DNA of 64,000 bases. Source: Nitrospirales bacterium (GTDB lineage Bacteria; Nitrospirota; Nitrospiria; Nitrospirales; UBA8639). The stretch covers positions 448,001 through 512,000 of the forward strand of contig CBDBCZ010000015.1 in NCBI GenBank assembly GCA_965203295.1, given 5' to 3'. Each line of letters starts with the position of its first letter. Position 1 is the first letter of the stretch. Made by a program: the position numbers and the translations under genes. Shown here one piece after another: positions 1-49,232 of this stretch. Below the pieces are notes generated by a model that did no database searches, was not told where the DNA came from, and worked only from the letters and a program-made list of their open reading frames with translations.

Positions 1-119
1 GTATAAGCACTGTTGTTTGGTGTATTTTAAGTACTATCTTTACTCAAATGCACGGTACAAATCCTAAGTCTTATGTGTGTAATAGTAAAGGTATTAATAA
101 CAACCACTGCCTTTATTAT

Positions 120-324
120 GCTTATGATAGACGAGGGGCCCCATATCACTGATACTTTGGGGCCCCTGTTCCCATATTGCTTGTAAACTAAGGGGAGGTC
201 CCATATTCCCAAGAGGAGCCCCATCTTCCCGGTAGTATGGGGCCCTAGGGGGCCCATATGACTGTTAAGATGGGACCCAGAGGGGAGGGGAGGGGGGGCG
301 GGGGGGGGGCATTTTTACTGTGAC
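120..324. repeat. GGGGCCCC-rich MITE end terminating in TGACA
   Basis: Repeated GGGGCCCCATAT/GGTCCC blocks ending ...TTTTACTGTGACA, the same terminus type as 27098-27832. Confidence 0.45.
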
Positions 325-1015
325 AACATTCGTACAAGAATAGGCACTCATAGCTTCTACTTGCAGCACTTCCCAGAAAGACGGCACCTTTTACAGCTGG
401 AAGCCTCTGCCTATATTGATCAGTACGTCAGTAGTACAATTGAATTCATTTAAGTTTAATATGGCCTTCACAGCAGTTGGAGTGCTTCTTGCTAACTGTG
501 TGGTCACAGATTCACAGTGTAATAGACAATCTAGAGGCATAAGCACTACAGTCATACCTGTAGTATAAAAGTCACACATGCGAGAAGCACGCTGCGATTT
601 TATGTATCGTGAGTAAAAGCATCCCACGAGTATAAGCACCCATTCAGGTTACTAATTTCAAAAATAGACACCGGTGCTTATTATTCCGATTCTACGGTAA
701 CATTTTGAGTGGGCTAGTAACTCTAGTAGACAACAAGTTCGAGATAACAGTTACCACAACTTGACGACCACACCATAATAGGGTGTCAACTGAATCTTAA
801 GCTGTCGTAACAGTATTGTTAATAAGTCATAGCCAAAATAATACAAGTCAGAGACACTACAATGTATTGGTAGTTGTGCAAAAAGAGCTATCAATAGCTA
901 GAAACAAACATTTATAAACTGGGTGTGAGAGAACTAGAAGTAGCATGTACAGAATTTAAGATATTCACACAACCCTAGTGGAGAAAGGCTGAACACACAA
1001 TTCTGCAAAAACATG

Positions 1016-22957
<21,942 letters not shown>

Positions 22958-23253
22958 GCTGCTACTGTGCCTGAATAAAATAAATGTTGCATTAGTGAGA
23001 AGATGGACTCAAAATTGATACCGCTTTATACAAAGAAATAAAGCCAGACTAAGCCAAACTCTGAGAGGGTACAACATGTAATAGCATGGGAGTTGTGTTC
23101 ATGCTCTAGCAGCTGTTTCAAAAAGCTCCATAAGACCAATCATTCCAACTGGCACTATAGTTTAAGGTCAATGCCAACATCAGATCACGGAAGAGTTTGT
23201 ACACTCCAGTGACATCATTGAACTACTCCACACGTTTTTGGCAGCTATGTAAC

Positions 23254-23840
23254 CAGTACCAGCATTGCTGCCCTATCTTCTGCTGTTTCTTCACCTCATC
23301 AGGCCTACATCAGCACACACTCACATAAGTCTTCCCGATTTGAAACTAAACGGCAAGTTTGAATGGCCTAACTTAAAGCCTAAGAGAAGTACTGGTGACT
23401 ACCACTGTCTCATTGGTCGTTGGGTCACACAAGGTAGAAATCACACAGCCATGGTATTGATCACAGTTCAATGATCATCACTTTCATAAGCTATAGAATA
23501 CTGATCATACCCACAGTGACTGTATCACAGTCTTTATTGAAGGATAGCTACCTGTACCAGCATTGCTGCACTATCTTCTGCTGTTTCTTCACCTCATCAG
23601 GCCTATATCAGCACACACTCACATAAGTCTTCCCGATTTGAAACTAAACGGCAAGTTTGAATGGCCTAACTTAAAGCCTAAGAGAAGTACTGGTGACTAC
23701 CACTGTCTCACTGATCATTGGGTCACACAAGGTAGAAATCACACAGCCATGTATTGATCACAGTTCAATGATCACCACTTTCATAAATTATACTGATCAT
23801 ACCCACAGTGACTGTATCACGGTCTTTATTGAAGGTTACC
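23254..23840. repeat. Tandem duplication, unit about 298 bp
   Basis: 23254-23551 and 23552-23840 are near-identical; ORFs 23265 and 23563 are near-duplicates. Confidence 0.9.
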
Positions 23841-26749
23841 TACTTCGATCTTGTAGTTTTATGAAGACAGTCCAGTTTTCAGCTTCAACTGTTACGCACG
23901 ATGCCTCTAGTCATATCTAGGCTGGTAAAATGGAAATGTGACGTCCTTGACCGCGAAAAGTAGGTGTGGTGGATTGGAGCCCCGCCCCCCACATCACAGG
24001 GGCGTTTAGAGATCTGTCTATCTCGAGACAACGTGAGTTTTAGATATTATCATAAACAGTTTTATATTTTCATACTTAGTCTGGTTTTTGGGTAGTATTC
24101 CCCTTTAATTTCTGTATGGTGTAGCCGTCATAGATTTTTGTGTGAGCATATAGAGAAATCTGAACTCCCCAAGCTTCTATGATAGATAGATAGATAGATA
24201 CATAGATAGATAGTTAGATTTTTTCCGTCTCGCCCCAAGGGCAGCAGGCCACTTTTGGCCCATGAGACAAATACAATACTGGTACAAATAGAACACTATA
24301 ATAATTACAACAAAAAGAGTGGAGATTGAAAACAAGATATAGGAAGGAATAGTGGAAGGATAGTCCTTTCTCTCTCTTTTTTTATTATTATTTTTTTAAT
24401 ATTATAAATCACCAAACAAGGACCAAGACCACACTGGTAGCACTAGTTGGGATGTGGGTGGGATGATGATATAAATGAAAACTTGGTACTGATACACGTA
24501 GATAACAGTGCTTGGTGAGGGTTAAAGAACAGACGGGCAATGATAAGTCAAAGAGGGTTTTAAAGGTGGGTATGTGGCAGTACCAGTGTTGTACTTTTAG
24601 GTGCTGCCATTATGGATTATGAAGCAGATGTAAGGAAGGATAAGGGTTGGTGTGAGGGGTGTATAGGAGCAGTGCCAATGATATGGCTGATTTAAAATAA
24701 AGATTGAAGTGAGAAATGTGGTGTCAGCATGGTCCCCGTTAGTGAGTACATAAAAGGAACTTTAGAACTGTGATACAGCATTGAGATCGATGTTCGTAGG
24801 TAAGCGAGGAGTGTTAATACAAGCAGTTGGTAATGATGCCGTTAGCTGGAGCAAATGTATTTCAAAACAAGGATTGAAGTGAGAAGTGTGGTGGCAGCGT
24901 GGGTCTCGATTAGTGAATACATAAATGGAGCTTTTAATTTATATAAAAGAAAAATCAATGCATGGTGAGAAATTTGCCCCTCATAAAATTTACGTGATGT
25001 GTGTGTGTAATTAAGAACAATCTACTTAATATCCAATCCTCTGGACAAGGATAGTCCCTTGGATAAGTAAACTATATAGCGCTTGCACATCTAATCTTAG
25101 TACAGTGCCAATTTTCATTGAGACATTGTTTACCAGTTGCAAGCATGAAACCACTTTAGCATTTCACCATGCAGCCACCAGTATCTACAAATGCATTATA
25201 CTGTATTACACCCTCAGTGTTTCCATGTTCTAAAACAGGATTGCTCCTTCAGTGTACTCTCCATAAGGTGGGATCACATATTTTCCCTACAGTTCTGTTG
25301 GATTGAAACTGTAAATTGTGAATGCTAAGACAGTAAGCCTGCACCCACTTGTATAAGTATGCTCACCATGCTAAAGTGAATCTCATTTTACTGTCTTTAA
25401 TTGGTCTGCAATTAACTTTTGTTGAGTAGAGGTTGGCTTTCCAGTGACACTGAGCTACCAAACCACTGTACCTTTCCATGATCACAACATGGCGGGCCTT
25501 CCCCATGTTTAAGATCTATCCCCCTCTTTCGGATACCTCTTGGCTACAGCCCTTTGACTTAGGATAACTTATATACGAGTAATTGTCATGCAAAAATTAT
25601 CCTGTCGGTGTCAAGGGGCCACTTTAAATGGATTCCTTGTCACTAACTAATGAACCAATTACATAGACAATGCGCACCCTTGTAGGTAAAAGCGATCTTG
25701 TGTTTTATCTCGACAGGATACTTAACATTCACTGACATTCCCTAAAGCTCTAGTGGCAAAGATGACTTTAGACTTCAGAAACTCATTCTTATAAGATGAT
25801 AACAGTTGGAAGGAAAATGGAAAGTTCTACAGTCCATTATCGTCATTGCCATTAATTTAGCTTTTGCGATGGGGGTGAATGTTAAGTCCCTGAGGAGCTA
25901 TAACACACAAACACTTTACCTCCCTGTAGAATCATAGCTGGCCTTGTTTCATCAATGGGGTTTTCCCCCCTCAATCATTTCAACTACCATATTAGCTTGC
26001 CAACTATAACTTGCAAATTCTAATTAGAATATATTGCGTATATGGAGTGTCCGTGCCATTCCTACATAGAGAGTCTACCGACTCTCTGATAGCAGCCTAC
26101 ATACATGTATGTATCAGTCGTAGGCAAGTATATACATGTCCCATTATACATGTAAGTAGCATAAATTCAAGTGTATTTTATGATCATGCACGGGTGTCCT
26201 TTATGTTCCTCACTGGGACTGCTACACTGTGAGGACTGCTTATGCTGGACCTCCGGCTGAGGTTGTCACTGCCAGTTTCAACAAGCCCAACCTGCAGTAT
26301 TTTGTCACTGAGTGCCATTGCTGTCTTTCAGCTGCATACTTCAGTTTGTGCAAGTACAAAAGGACACATTACAATATAACTAGGGTTGCTCAAGTGCAAA
26401 TGCATGGGGCAAGTATTATTATACTGAATAGAGCACCAATAGAATTAGCCCTTAGCCCCTGTGTGCTAAATTATCACATAGATTTAGCTGTTCCTTCTCA
26501 TATATGCCTAGAATTTTGTATCCTCAGTACACTAGTTCCTTCTCAGATTACTGTGTACAAGGGGTATGTATGTCTGTACATGATTGATGTACAGGAGCAC
26601 AATATTTCCCAGTAGATGCATGTATTTTGAGTACACACACCAGCTTTGAGACCCAGGTGATGCTGTGTAATTGATGTGAAGGACTCTCTGAAGTCTGTTA
26701 CTAAAACATAATTGATTTCATTTTTGAATGAGATTGAGCTTGTAGTCTG

Positions 26750-29700
26750 TATAGCCGCGAGTTCACTGTGGAGGATGGTGAGATAAAGGAGAACATTAGG
26801 TTAAGGAGACAGGTTTATACGGAGATTAGTATTGGCAGGGAAGATAAATGGGGAGAGAATTACAAATTACGTTCAGAAATCAAAGAATTAGGTACGTAAG
26901 AAGAAATTAGATGGAATGAGGTGATTGAAAAGGTAAATAAAGATTTTATGAAAACAGGAATGAGTTTTGGGCATTTTTTGGCAAGACTTCAAAGGGGTTC
27001 TGCTTCTTTGGAGAGCACTTCAGGTTCAGACGTAACCAGTACTAAGGGAAAGTTGGAAATTTGGAAGTACTACGTGAGCATTATGAAAGGTTGGGTATGT
27101 CACAGTAATAATGGACCCCCCAAAATTGGTTCTCCCCGGAACGAATTTTTCAAAAAATATGGCCACCCGCAACTTATTTCACTGTAAAATTTAGACCCCC
27201 TCTGAAAAATTTAAACCCCTAAAAGTCATGTTCCGGAACTATGTTTTTAATGAATATGGACCCCCCCCCTTCCCCAAAACTTTTCTTTGGAAAATATGGA
27301 CTCGCTCTGCCATTCTCTTGTACGTCTTAGACACTCCAAAGTGACCTGAAGTTGGCTCGGAGTGGCAAGCCTTCAGCACCCTTCTCTGCTCCTCTAGTGA
27401 TGTAATGACTTTCGCCTTGTTTTACAGCTGTTGAAAGAAGGCTTTGCCTTTATCTACGGTTAAGAGGGCAGCACGCTTCCTGACCGCTCTTTCCTTTTCC
27501 TTCATGAACTCGGGAGGGTAAGAGCTGTCCTAAGCATACCGAATGGCATATTCAAGTCAGTATCTCGTCTGCATTTTTGCTGTCACTCTCCGCCATTGCG
27601 GCCATCCAAAAGACAGTACATGTATACAAAATAAGCAAGAGCATCTTTTATACACCTCTGAGAGGCACTGACTTGCCTTCGTACGATTGTGGAACGGTCG
27701 GCAAGCAATTGATCCAAACTTGCACATGCAAGCTGGGGGGGAACAAATTTTTCAGGGGGGGGTCCATATATTTCAGAAAAATTCTTTCGGGGGGGGGAGC
27801 AAATTTGAAGGGGGTCCAAATTACACATGACAGGTACGGCATCTGTGGATGATCAGTTTGATGATTGCTGGAAGGAGAATATAGAAAAGAAAGTAACAGA
27901 GTATAGTGACATGTCTAGTTCGAGAGAAAGGTTAGAAATTAAAATGTGGTTGAAAAGCCTAGAAAGTAATGATGGGCTAGTTGGGGAGCTTTTTAAATAT
28001 GGTGGCAAAGAATGCATAATCTGTTGAAAGCCTTGTATGAGGTAGTTTGGAGAGAGGAGAGTATTCCTAAACAATGGAGACAAGGATTAATTGTTAGTTT
28101 GTATGAAAAAGGTGATGCTGAGGACCCAGGTAATTACAGAGGCATTACATTATTGAATATGGTCGGAAAGTTGTTTTGCAATATTCTATATACTCGCTTA
28201 GTAAGCAGATTAAAATCAGAAAGGGCTCTTCATGAGGGTCAGGCAGGATTTAGAGAGAAAAGGAGTTGTGTTGATAACATCTTTACTCTAAATGAAATTG
28301 TACAAGGTAGAATGAAGGAAGAAAAGAATGCTTACACTTTTTTCTTAAAGCATTTGACACAGTTTAGCATGATGGTTTATGGTTTTAGTTATGGGAACTT
28401 GGGGTTAGGGGTAGGATGTGGAGAGATAATTATTAAGAATATGTATAACACCACACAGAGTGCTGTTTTACTGGAGGGAGAAATATCCAAGCCATTCAAT
28501 ATAGGTGAGGGGGTGGCACAGGGTTGTAGTATGTCGCCTATCCTCTTTTCCATTTTTTATGAGGTTGAGAAGGCTGGGATTGGCATTACTATTAAGAAGG
28601 ATGTTAAGGTTGGGGGGTCTAATGTTTGCTGATAAGTTTTGCTGAGAACTTCCAAACATTGATTAATGTAGTGCAGGGGTTTTGAAATAAATGGAGGTTG
28701 AAATCTAACATATAAAAAAGTGCTGTTGTTGTCTTGGCTAAAGAGGTTGGTACAGGTGCATACACATGGAAGTGGGGAGATTAAGTCCTTCCAGAGATTG
28801 TAAGTTACTGTTACTTGGGCATTGAATTTGCTAATAATGGTTCATGGGATAGTCATGTACAGAAGGTAATAAATACTGGAAAGAATAAATTTCACATAGG
28901 TTTTTAAGTAATCGGAATATCAGTACAGTTGTAAGAAGGATAATTTTTGTTAGTTTCAGTACTTCGCCATATGGTAGTGACGTGTGGGCTTGTAATTAGC
29001 GGCAGACCGCTTCCTTGGAGTCTATTCAGCTAGGAACAGCTAAAAAAGATACTTGGCTGCTCTTCTAAAACATGTAATGAAGCAGTAAGGGGGGATATGG
29101 GGTTAGAATCTTTGAAAGGCAGGAGGAATAAATGCAAACTTAAGTGGTGGTATAAAATCAATAATTTAGATGATGAGAGATATCCTGATTATACTAGACA
29201 GTGAGTGGGAAGTGAACCCGCTTAAAGGTAGGCAGAGGAAGACCTTGTGGAAAGTAGTTAGTGAGTTGTTGCTGCAGTTAAATTTAGGCAGTCAGGAAAT
29301 ACTAGCTGAAGATTACAATATAAACTTGTTCTTAGAGAGAGTAGATGAAGCATTGAGATGTAGAGAATATAAAAGCTTTAATGATGTCTTAAATAGTGTT
29401 TACTGCTGAGTATATTAGTAATATCCTCATGTTGCTGCCATAGCGTTTACACCATCGACCATGCACCCACAAACGCAGGCAGAGCTTGTAAAATCTCCAG
29501 TCAGAGGACAAGAGCAAGAGCAACCGGATGGTTCACCAGTACCATCCTGATTCCCATATAATTTATTCTACCTAGTATCCCAGATTAATATTAAACTCTT
29601 AACCAGTCTTAAAATCATACCTCTCCCAATTCTCACACCCTGAAACAAAGCCTGTTTCCTTAAAATTATTGAGTGCACTATACTCCTCAAAACTTCCACC

Positions 29701-30130
29701 CAACAGATTGTTGAAAGTATTTCTCATGGTATCATGCACAGGACACTCCCAGAGCACATGTACTACACTCTCACATTCATCCCCACATAACTTGCAATGC
29801 CTGTTGTCATTTTTACTCCTATGTCATCCTAACTCTTCATTCAGACCATTAGAATTTAAGAATTACTAGCCGGGGTTCGGGGATGCAGGGACACGGTTGA
29901 TGTGTAAGTTTAGGTTGGGTACTATTGGTCTAAATGAAGAGTTAAGAAGACATAGGGGTAAACATGATGATATAGGCAGTGGAAGTTACGTGGCAATCAG
30001 GATGATACTGGTGAAATATCTGGTTGCTCTTGCTCTTGTCCTCTGACTGGAGACCTTACAAGCTCCACCTGTGTATGTGGGTGTGTGGTCCATGGCGTAA
30101 GCGCTACGGCAGCAACATGAGTATATTATT
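26750..30130 (+). mobile_element. Degenerate non-LTR retrotransposon (LINE) with reverse transcriptase remnant
   Basis: ORF 28012-28632 has RT motifs (IPKQWRQGLIVSLYEKGD, NYRGITLLN, QAGFREKRSC, GVAQGCSMSPILF), with frameshifts and stops around it. The 3' tail ends in TTA-type repeats near 30125. It is interrupted by the MITE at 27098-27832 and by an inverted 3' fragment at about 29410-29868. Boundaries are approximate. Confidence 0.88.
27098..27832 (-). mobile_element. Ginger-like non-autonomous DNA transposon inserted into the LINE
   Basis: Termini TGTCA...TGACA, GGTA duplicated on both sides, and imperfect TIRs with GGACCCCC/GGGGGTCC blocks. Removing it restores the LINE frame (ERLG|TASVDD). 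The internal minus-strand remnant LEYAIRYA*DSSYPPEFMKEKERAVRKRAA resembles the N-terminus of GIN/Ginger integrases. Confidence 0.65.
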
Positions 30131-30395
30131 AGTAATTATAGACATATACATATTGTGTGTGGATAAGTCTTAAAGTTTCGTAAGCGAGCAAGGTATGTAA
30201 CCTTAGCCTTGTACCCAGGTTCTAATATGAAAGAGTGAAACGTGCACATGGGCCTGGGGATGAGGCTAATGTAACTTCACTTGTTGTGTAATGTACATGT
30301 ACAGGTAATATGTACATGTAGCATCATACATGTACATACGTAGGTGACATGTGTTATTGTATATCCTTTGATGTTGTGATTTTAGTGCAAATGAA

Positions 30396-44432
<14,037 letters not shown>

Positions 44433-45160
44433 CAGTACAGCCTATATCGGGCTTATATCACAAGCCGCCAATCCTTGTTTTTGTTTTTCATATTATTACC
44501 ATGATATTGTGTAATATGTCAACACACATCAAAACTCAGTGGCAAACATAAAACAAAATATAGTAGTATAAAGACCTTTATACTCAGCAATGAATTTGAA
44601 AACATGGAAAATAGGACCTTTATACTGAAGCAATGAATAATTGCTCCAAGTAATGTATTGTGATATATGTGGTAATGATGAATATTCCATATTGAATGCC
44701 TACATTGTAGTGCATTAGGGTACAGGTGCCATTTGGGTAGGAGACATTTATAGCCTCATGCCCAGGCTCTTCACCTGGGCACGAGGCTAAGACATTTATT
44801 ATTCAGATACCAATATTTACAATATAGACATTTAACTTGGGTATTAACATGTTCAGATATAGACATTAATTTCATTCAAATAGACATTAACTAAAATTAG
44901 TAACTTCTGATATGGAAATTCTGATGTACATAATCAGTTACACATAAATTTTGTGTACAATTAAACTCGTTTACTTTAAAATTTGACTGCTTATAGCATA
45001 CAGGGATATAGAAACCGTGTTTTAATCATATCTATGCATGCATACACTAGTTTTAGTACATGTAGATGTTACTATAGTAACAAGTGTATGGAATAATTTT
45101 CGTAGAGTATATAAGAATCCCATAGAGCATAAGAAGCTAAAGATGTGCATTTTCTAAATG

Positions 45161-45245
45161 GCTTAGAGCATGGGTAGCTCTATGTTCTAACTAGACCTCG
45201 GCTTCGCCTCGGCCTAGTTAGAACATAGCTGCCCATGCTCTAAGC
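45161..45245 (-). repeat. 85-bp palindrome with GA-GGC-GAA-GCC-GA apex
   Basis: GCTTAGAGCATGGG...AACTAGACCTCGGCTTCGCCTCGGCCTAGTT...CCCATGCTCTAAGC. Confidence 0.8.
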
Positions 45246-45366
45246 TATACTTACGTAGATCACTCATGAATAATCAATAAGCATAGAAGCTTTGAAGTCC
45301 TTGGTTAGACACTGGGTGTTCGTAATAGTTATATCCCTGCAAAATGGTGTGTATCAGCCATACACA

Positions 45367-47921
45367 CCTTTTGCAGGGATATAACTATTATATATCCTGT
45401 TACCATGGCAATATGTTAGACAGCTAAAAGCAGTACTTTACCTTGCACATATTGTGTTGGCTTCTGCAATGCAATTATGCCTGTACTATCACAATCATCA
45501 TGGTGTGTGTGTGTATCAGGAATATTCCACAGCTATTACCAAAAAGCACTTTCCAAAAAGTGCAAAAACCAGTCATGTAGGGATGCACTTTCAGCAAAAA
45601 ACACTTCCCCAAAAACCAACGAAACAAGCAACTATGCACACCGGAAGGCATGCACAGCCTACCCACACATCACAGCGCGATGCATTTACCACGTACCTAC
45701 CATCCCTACATCTTTCCAACCACACCCCTCCAATAATGTCTATGTGAGATGGGAATAGTGGGAGTGTCATATATGTGTTGCTAATGAGTGAGTGTGTTGG
45801 CGCATGGTTGTGGAAGGTAGGTAAAAGTGTTGATAATGTAAATGTTGGACAAGTGAGTGGTTGAGGGTGGTGTTTGTAGGGGTTTGGGAGTGTTTGGAGA
45901 TGCATGGTTGAGTGTTGTGGTGTGTGTGGATGTTCTATATAGGGGAGGTCGATGTGGGTTCAAGTGTTTGGCTAGATTGGGAATTGTGGAGTTAAGTGTG
46001 GTGTGTTCGTGTTGGTGTGTGAAGGTTTGTTGCGTTGATATTCATTGGGAGTATGGTTTGTGCTTGTGAGTGTGATTGATGGAGCGGAGTGGGTTTTCAT
46101 GGGAGTAGTGTTGCTGTGGAGGTTTGGGTTGGCTGTAGCGTGGGGTGTTGTGTTTTGTGAAGTATGTAATCATTGTGGATGTGGATGTGAGGGTGGTTGT
46201 TGTGGTATCACGGTTGAGAATGGTGATGATTGTGGATAGTGGTGTGTGTTGAAGGGTGTTGCGTATGGGTGTGTGGTATGGTTTGTGGTGGGTGTGGTTG
46301 GAAAGATGTAGGGATGGTAGGTACGTGGTAAATGCATCGCGCTGTGATGTGTGGGTAGGCTGTGCATGCCTTCCGGTGTGCATAGTTGCTTGTTTCGTTG
46401 GTTTTTGGGGAAGTGTTTTTTGCTGAAAGTGCATCCCTACATGACTGTTTTTTGCACTTTTTGGAAAGTGCTTTTTCTGTAACTTGTTTTGGGGCGTTTT
46501 TTTGGAGATGGCATGAAAGGGTTTGGAGTGTTATGGAGTGTTGACGTTGTTATGAGTGGGATTGGCAGGTAGGTGGTTCTGTGGTGTGAATTGCATTTTG
46601 CATGATGTGTTTTCCATTAAGGATCGTGTGACTGCTGTTGTGATTGATGGTGTGGTTCTTGGGAGATTTCTGAGTTTGGATTGTTTGTACAAGGATGTAC
46701 ATGTACTGAGAAGGAAGTGTTTTATTGTGTATAAAGAAGTTTTGTGATGTATAGTTTTGCAGATGTATGGAAGTATGTGAGCGTGCATGTTGGTACGAGT
46801 GGAATGATATTGGGCGTTGTTGAGGTCATCAGTATAGCTAGAGTGCACTGTGTGTTGGGTGAATTGGGTGAGAAGCGTCCTCAAATGCCGGCTTGAGGTG
46901 AACTATGGCAGCTACTTCTGTTTCAGTGACTGTGTTGCACTCACTACTACAGTGCCATTTCACAGGTTGCTGGCCCATAAATTACTGCCTGCATATACTT
47001 TCAGAGCTGCTGATTTCATTGGCAACTATACATCTGCCATTTGTCATCAAATATGGGAAGTGCACAGGCTCTCTGTACATGCTGAGTTGTCATAAGCTTA
47101 CTGCATGCAAAATACCTTACAATTCCAAGAATATCAGCAAACACACGGTTTTGGATGTAGTAACGCTTACTCTGGGCTCTCTTCTTACGCACATTCGGCA
47201 TGCTTCACGGTTGCAGTCAGTATAATAAGCTCATAAAGGTCCGAACTGGAAGGTCAGTTTGCCGTACCTTAAACCGCAAGACCTCGTGGTTGAGCTTCCG
47301 GTTACGTAATATTATATTTTATGTAACAAAATGGTGTAACGCGAACAGTTTCCGCTCGAGAGTACTCGTGAATGACTGCCGAACCTATTCGTTTCTTTGA
47401 AAACGCTATGCTGCGAGTGCAATACCCCAGAGAATATCCAGCGTCTTCGTGCTTGAATCATTGTGATCGCTTGAGCCGTTATTGTGCTAGCCTGGCTGAA
47501 GAAGAATCAGAATCAGAATCAGAAGATAGGCGAATGTGGCCGATTTGCTACTTACCGGTTTGCTACTTAAGTGATACTATTTAGCAGCGCTAACAGTCTG
47601 ATTAGTGATGAAAACGCCTAATAATAACTGGTAGGGCTCATATTCACCCTAGACTACGCCTACAGCAGAGTTCTGAACATGTCAGTTTGTACACTTTTGA
47701 TGGGGAAGCCATTTCTTTTAGGGGCCATCCCTACATATGGAGTACTACCGTACTCCATGATAGTAACAGGATATACCATGATGATTGTGATAGTACAGGC
47801 ATAATTGCATTGCAGAAGCCAACGTAATGTGTGCAAGGTAAAGTACTGCTTGATGTGGTTTAGCTGTCATAACATATTGCCATGGTAACAGGATATATAA
47901 TAGTTATATCCCTGCAAAAGG
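45367..47921. repeat. Nested inverted repeats around a CATGTAGGGATG-family element
   Basis: Outer IR 45367-45504 vs 47776-47921; inner IR about 45540-45725 vs 46292-46475. Confidence 0.8.
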
Positions 47922-49232
47922 TTAGTCTCGCATAGCCAGACTCTTGACGGGAAAGTTAGAGTCTGGTATGGACGCCGCAGTGGACCTGTCAATCTGGAAT
48001 GCGGACGTTGTGCTATGACGACACAAGCAGACAATCAACAAAAGAGATCCGACAGTGAACCTGCTATCTGAATGGTCAGACCATACCATTGACGTAATTT
48101 TTTCATGACGTTTTACAAAGCTTGAATCTGTTTGGCTCGCAATGTGCAGTGCGAGACAGACAAAATCATTATGGCTGGTACTAGCCTCGTACCCAGGCTA
48201 GGCTGGTACTAGATTCTTTTAGTTGGTCTTCAGATCTGGTGTCCAGCACTCACCAATAAGTTGATGCAGCAAGTTGTTAACACCAGTTCCTTGCTGCTGC
48301 TGGCAGTGGACAACAGAGCACACAAGGGGGGGACTCCAGTAGCAATTGAATGTCCAGCCAGTGATTGTCTGCATGTAGACCATGCATTACAGATCCTTCT
48401 AGATCCATCCTCAACAGAGTTTGTCATCTTGGACCATGATCATGAATGAGCAAGCTGATGTCCTAACGTTTGTCTGCTGTCCCAGAGAGAGAACTGCATG
48501 TTCGCTGAATTTCAGCAAGAATTTACATCTTCATCAAATTTATCCATCAAGACGATGCAGTTTTGCAATTGCTCACTATTGGATATCCTATATTCAACCA
48601 CTCATGGTTTTAGGGGTACACCTAATAGTTCAGCAAACTATGGTCCTGTAAACCCACTGAAGGGATTTCAAACTGTCATGGTTTCCAAAAACAGCTGGGT
48701 GCTTCTATACTTGCTCGTCATCCTCTTGCACAAGTTAGCCCTGCCAATACTCAATTGTGCAATGTGTATGTAAAATGAGTCTTTGTCTACAGTACAATAA
48801 CAAATTATTCTCTACGTACATGTAGCTGAAGAAATTCTCTACCTCCAGTTGTCAAATTGCCTGTATCCAATGAGTTTTAAATTCCCATGTCCAAAAACTG
48901 TAACTGAAGTCTGTATCATGTCTAACAAATGTCTGTATCCAAAATAGTTGTATCCAAATGAGGTTTATATCTATACCCAAATGTTAAATATCTGTGACTT
49001 TTGTACCTGATTGAGCCTGTCTACATCTGAATGAGTTGAAGTCTGTATAGACAGATGCCCTCTAGCTGTGCTGCAGACATTATTGAAATTTTATTTCCAG
49101 AAATGCGAGATAATTTCACCAATAACAGCTTAGAGCTACCAAAAAGCATTCTTATGTATATAAAACTATGTTCAATTTGGCAAGGAGGATAGTCATTCAT
49201 TCACGACAGTTATCACGACAGTTTGATGCCTC

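Noticed and set aside
24220..24950. Possible CR1-like LINE 3' remnant next to a GATA microsatellite
   Set aside because: Too degenerate to support without an alignment.
45454..46884. His/Thr/Pro-rich and Val/Gly/Cys-rich ORFs
   Set aside because: They arise from GT/CA-skewed low-complexity repeat DNA.
48230..48773. Possible AcademH transposase remnant downstream of the TAGTCTCG terminus at 47923
   Set aside because: The resemblance is vague, and no matching right end or TSD was found.
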